Origin: Gammaproteobacteria bacterium
Lineage (GTDB): Bacteria > Pseudomonadota > Gammaproteobacteria > GCA-001735895
NCBI GenBank assembly: GCA_050298595.1
Contig: JBNKUM010000075.1
Coordinates: 1-64,000 of the forward strand
Length of the DNA stretch: 64,000 bases
Reading direction: 5' to 3'
A program made the translations under genes and the position numbers. How positions within the stretch are numbered: the stretch's first letter is position 1; every line of letters begins with the position of its first letter. Below the pieces are notes generated by a model. That model did not search any database. It was not told the origin of the DNA and worked only from the letters and a program-made list of their open reading frames with translations. This document shows, in pieces, positions 60,219-64,000 of the stretch.

Positions 60219-62843
60219 TTAGCGGTCAACTGTGGAATCCGAGTTTCTACCGTCAAGCGCAATAAGTATTGACTGGTAATCGAAGTTTTCCGTCAGGCGA
60301 GACAATGTGTAACCTAGCTCGGCTTCGACTTCAGTGATTTTTTTGATGGTATCGTCGATGCTAGCACTGTCCAGGCTTTCAAGGACATCATGAAGTTCCT
60401 TACGTAGCGCTTGCGGTAGTATGCTAAGCATCTCTGGCGTCAAGGTCACAACCTCCTGTTGCGGCTCGAGTGAATCCTGATAAATGTATTTTACGCCCAG
60501 ATGCTTTGACAGGCAGTCGTAGATTTCGCTCGCGCGGAAGGGCTTTCGTACATAATCGTCCATGCCGATATCGAGTATCGCATTGCGCTCTTCGGCAAAT
60601 GCCGAGGCGGTCACAGCAGCTATCTTTACAGCCTTTCCGTCGGGCAGTTCACGAATGCGTTGTGTAGCTTCCATACCATCCATCACTGGCATGCGTCTAT
60701 CCATCCAGATGAAGTGTGGATGCCAGCTCTGGAATAGTTGCACACCCTGCTCGCCGTTTTCTGCCAGTTTGACCTTAAAACCGACACTTTCCATAAGTTT
60801 GGTAAGAAGCAGCTGATTATCGCGCTGATCTTCGACGATCAGGATGCGGTATTCGGGTTGGCCTGGCTGCAACCCGGCTACTTCTCCCTCATCTACCCCA
60901 TTCGATTTACTAATATCGACTTCCTTCGCTTCCTGCAGTGGCAACTCAATCCTGAATAGTGAGCCTTTACCGGATTCACTTTGCAGGCTGATACTGCCCC
61001 CCATCATCCGTATAAACTGGCGCGTTATAGTCAGTCCAAGCCCGGTGCCCTTGCTGGCGCCCTGTTCCCCCAGTTGAACGAACGGTTCGAAAACATGTCG
61101 CTGGTCTTCAGGTGTCATACCGATACCGCTATCTTCAACCTCGATGATCAAATGAGAGTATTTGTTTTGCCTGGTACCTAAGCGCAGAGTAACGCCACCC
61201 TGGTCGGTGAATTTGACCGCATTGCCCAGCAGATTGATGAGTATCTGGCGCAGGCGGGCTTCGTCGCCTACAATGAAGCGCGGGAACATCGATGTCTGGT
61301 CAATCAACAGTTGCAGCCCTTTGCTCTGTGCGCGTTGCGACATCATTTCGCTGACGTCGCGTACCATACCGCCCAGATCGAACGGCGCGTTCTCCAGTTG
61401 CACTCGTCCAGCTTCGATCTTGGCCATTTCCAGTACGTCATTGATCAGGCTCAGCAGGTGTTTGCCGCTACGGTTGATGATGTCGATGTTTTGCTGTTCG
61501 TTCTCTGGCAACCGCGAGTCTTGACGGATCATGTCGGAGAAACCAAGTATAGCATTCAGTGGGGTGCGTAGTTCATGGCTCATATTAGCGAGAAAAACGC
61601 TCTTGGCATGGTTAGCGGCTTCGGCATTATCTCGCGCCTTGATGAGTTCTGCTTCGATCTGTTTCTGGGTGGTGACGTCATGCATTGAGGCTACTGCGCC
61701 CAGCTTTTCTCCCGACTCACTGAACATCGCCTGGGCGGCACACAGCATGAAATGTCGACTACCATCCGCATGCACGATAATCATAGGATGTTCCCGAACC
61801 TGCTCCCCATTGAAGGCGCGAAACAGGGGGGTCTGATCGGTTGACATTGGCGTGATACCATCCTCCTGCAGCAATCTATAATGCTCGGACCAACGCTCCG
61901 GCGGCAAATCCTCCTGCTCTATACCATGTATCAGACGCGTGGCACGATTAAAGTAGGTAAGCACACCCTGTTTGTCGCAGGCGACTATGCCATCGGTGAT
62001 ATTTTCCAGCACTGCCTGGGTAAAGACCTGCTGCTGCAGCAGCTCCTCAGTCCGCTCCTCCACCAGCTCTGTGAGGTGGTCTCGGTGTAGCTGAAGTTCA
62101 TTCTCTCGCTGGGTCAGGGTGTTCAACATGGCGTTGAAAGCATGACCGAGTTTAGCCGCCTCATCCTGACCTTTGAGTCGAACCCGGATCTCCCGATCAC
62201 CAGCATGGATAGCGTCTGCCACCGTTTGAATGGCGTATAAGCGGTGCGTCAGCCGCCAACCCATGAGCGCAGCCAGGATGGAAACGATAAAGATGGTTAC
62301 TATGGCCTGCAGAACACCATTGCGAGTGATCGTGCGCAGACGTCTTGCTGTTGTCTCCTGGCCCAGGCCCACGCGTATCCAGCCTATGTTGCTACCAGCC
62401 AATACCACGGGGCTGACCACATCCAATACTTCAGCGGTCTGACTGATAATGCGGGTGTGCGATTCTGTTATCCGGCTATCCAGAAAACCTTTCAGGGATT
62501 TGCCTACCAGTGAGGTATCGCTATGGGCGAGCACCTGGCCCTGCGGGTCAAGAATCATGGCGAACAGAAGATCGGGGTAGCGGCTCTGAGCCTCGATAAT
62601 TTCCTGCAGACCGGAATAATCTCTCGCCGCTAGCCAGTCAGATGAGGAGGTCGCAATGCTCTGGGCCAGGGCGGTGGCGTGCTCGGCTTGACGTTCAAGT
62701 AGCATATCCTGTTGCCGATCAGTGAGATACCAGATGAACAGCGTCATCATCACAGCATTGAGCAGGGCTACGCCGAGTATGAGCTGGCCGCGCAGGGTGC
62801 CGAAGATCGGCCTCAGATAGCGTTCAAGCAGAGTCTGTCTCAC
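60219..62843 (-). CDS. Hybrid sensor histidine kinase (HAMP-PAS-HisKA-HATPase-REC)
   Basis: [30 protein letters not shown] and WMDRRMP motifs. Confidence 0.95.
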   Translation of the reverse strand: MRQTLLERYLRPIFGTLRGQLILGVALLNAVMMTLFIWYLTDRQQDMLLERQAEHATALAQSIATSSSDWLAARDYSGLQEIIEAQSRYPDLLFAMILDPQGQVLAHSDTSLVGKSLKGFLDSRITESHTRIISQTAEVLDVVSPVVLAGSNIGWIRVGLGQETTARRLRTITRNGVLQAIVTIFIVSILAALMGWRLTHRLYAIQTVADAIHAGDREIRVRLKGQDEAAKLGHAFNAMLNTLTQRENELQLHRDHLTELVEERTEELLQQQVFTQAVLENITDGIVACDKQGVLTYFNRATRLIHGIEQEDLPPERWSEHYRLLQEDGITPMSTDQTPLFRAFNGEQVREHPMIIVHADGSRHFMLCAAQAMFSESGEKLGAVASMHDVTTQKQIEAELIKARDNAEAANHAKSVFLANMSHELRTPLNAILGFSDMIRQDSRLPENEQQNIDIINRSGKHLLSLINDVLEMAKIEAGRVQLENAPFDLGGMVRDVSEMMSQRAQSKGLQLLIDQTSMFPRFIVGDEARLRQILINLLGNAVKFTDQGGVTLRLGTRQNKYSHLIIEVEDSGIGMTPEDQRHVFEPFVQLGEQGASKGTGLGLTITRQFIRMMGGSISLQSESGKGSLFRIELPLQEAKEVDISKSNGVDEGEVAGLQPGQPEYRILIVEDQRDNQLLLTKLMESVGFKVKLAENGEQGVQLFQSWHPHFIWMDRRMPVMDGMEATQRIRELPDGKAVKIAAVTASAFAEERNAILDIGMDDYVRKPFRASEIYDCLSKHLGVKYIYQDSLEPQQEVVTLTPEMLSILPQALRKELHDVLESLDSASIDDTIKKITEVEAELGYTLSRLTENFDYQSILIALDGRNSDSTVDR

Positions 62844-63661
62844 TTTAATTCCACTGGGCGAACATCCTGCTCGAAGGTTGCAATATAATCGCGCACCCTG
62901 TCATAGCTGGTGTTATTGGCGACATGGAAGCGAGCGGTCGACATTCCAGTGAGGGTGGCGTTTCCTGCAGGGGTTTGTTGAAGGGAAACCAGCAAGGCCT
63001 GTACTTTATCGCTTAGCACCGTTGGCACATCATCGCGAGCCATAACCGAGTTGTTCATCAGTGGAGGCGTCTCCAGGATCAACTTCAACTGGGCGGCTTG
63101 CTCAGGATGGTCATGCTGGAACAGTCGCCAGGGTGGCGGCCAGGTGGTAGCGGCGGTAAACCTGCCCAGATAGGCGTTCATGATAGACGATTCCTGCGAG
63201 CCTACATAGACGTTATCTATATCCCTGTTGATATCCAGCCCATGCTGGTAGAGGAAATACTGCGGCATGATGCAGGTGGCCTTGAAATCTGCAGTGTCAC
63301 CCGCCATCGCGATTACCCGGTAGCCGACTTTGATAGCTTCCAGTGTATGCCAGGGATTGGGCAGCAGGAGTTCAGGGCTACGGGCGCAAAACTTCTCCTC
63401 GTATACCTGGTAATCGCGTGTTGCCTCCAGTAAGAAGCTCACTTCAGGAATGTTTGCATTCAGATAATCGATCAACGGCTGGTAGGCTTCTGCAAGCTTC
63501 TTTGGGTTGTGCAATGGGTGGATGGCCAGGTAGTAGCGCAGCTTTGCGCTACTCACTATTGCGTTGTCATATTGTGGTCCGCTAGGTGGCGGCGCAGAGT
63601 CGCAAGCAACGCTGAATATCAGCGTCAATACAAGGCTCAGGGCCAGGCGTATGTCACTCAT
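62840..63661 (-). CDS. PhnD-like substrate-binding lipoprotein coupled to the kinase, apparently internally shortened
   Basis: Lipobox SVAC; AIHPLHNP and YVGSQES motifs; ATGA overlap with the kinase; hinge segment seems missing at DFK/ATC. Confidence 0.75.
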   Translation of the reverse strand: MSDIRLALSLVLTLIFSVACDSAPPPSGPQYDNAIVSSAKLRYYLAIHPLHNPKKLAEAYQPLIDYLNANIPEVSFLLEATRDYQVYEEKFCARSPELLLPNPWHTLEAIKVGYRVIAMAGDTADFKATCIMPQYFLYQHGLDINRDIDNVYVGSQESSIMNAYLGRFTAATTWPPPWRLFQHDHPEQAAQLKLILETPPLMNNSVMARDDVPTVLSDKVQALLVSLQQTPAGNATLTGMSTARFHVANNTSYDRVRDYIATFEQDVRPVELK

Positions 63662-63876
63662 CTCTCGCTCCTACGGCAGGCGGCAGAACAGGCATCAATA
63701 GTTTCCTGCTATGCCAGATAAACAGATTACACAGTGCTTCAACAATATTTCATCGTGTTTTCACATTATGTATATTTATCCAGACATGCTTGCAGAGTTC
63801 CTCAATCTAAGGAACCTCTGATCAATTATGTTATGTCTCTGTGCATCAAGACCTCGCTTTATAAGTTTCCTGCGAG

Positions 63877-63999
63877 TTACTTTAACAGCTTCAGAATAGC
63901 CGGATAGTTATAGTTCTCGACGAGTCGGTTAAGCGTCTTCTCTAAAGCCGGGTTCTGCATGGCTATCTGCTGAACAACTGCTTCAATTCGACTTCTGTC
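63877..63999 (-). CDS. 3' end of a probable second hybrid kinase (partial, continues beyond window)
   Basis: DRSRIEAVVQQIAMQNPALEKTLNRLVENYNYPAILKLLK* resembles the tail of the 60219-62843 product ([12 protein letters not shown]...[14 protein letters not shown]). Confidence 0.7.
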   Translation of the reverse strand, partial: DRSRIEAVVQQIAMQNPALEKTLNRLVENYNYPAILKLLK

Positions 64000-64000
64000 C

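Overview
A 64-kb chromosomal segment, most likely from a gammaproteobacterium (gene order comM-ubiK-glnK-amtB, ycgL-typA, fadE-fadD, tmcA-bioA). Left to right: (1) An AT-rich accessory patch at about 1-6 kb. It holds a lipoprotein gene, a LysR regulator, a DUF2934-like gene and a translationally coupled three-gene operon ending in an unusual Cys-rich PIN-domain nuclease, punctuated by degenerate 30-bp palindromes. (2) A 21-kb purine-catabolism cluster at 7.5-28.8 kb (NCS2 and ABC uptake, three deaminases, xdhABC, puuD, uraH, uraD, puuE, alc, allA, GntR) that contains a variant uracil-DNA-glycosylase-like gene. (3) A type II glutamine synthetase with NtrC-like sites, a Hanks kinase, and an inserted RAYT-pseudogene/GGDEF module bounded by a decayed second copy of the kinase 5' end. 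(4) A preQ1-I riboswitch, yhhQ and a PRTase. (5) Mostly housekeeping genes. (6) A decaying right end with an SDR relic, an orphan ribB-like gene, internally shortened SorC- and PhnD-like genes and hybrid kinases. The best candidates for something new are the three-gene PIN operon with its flanking palindromes and the glycosylase-like gene inside the purine operon. No rRNA, tRNA or CRISPR array was seen. All family assignments come from motif recognition by eye, not database searches.
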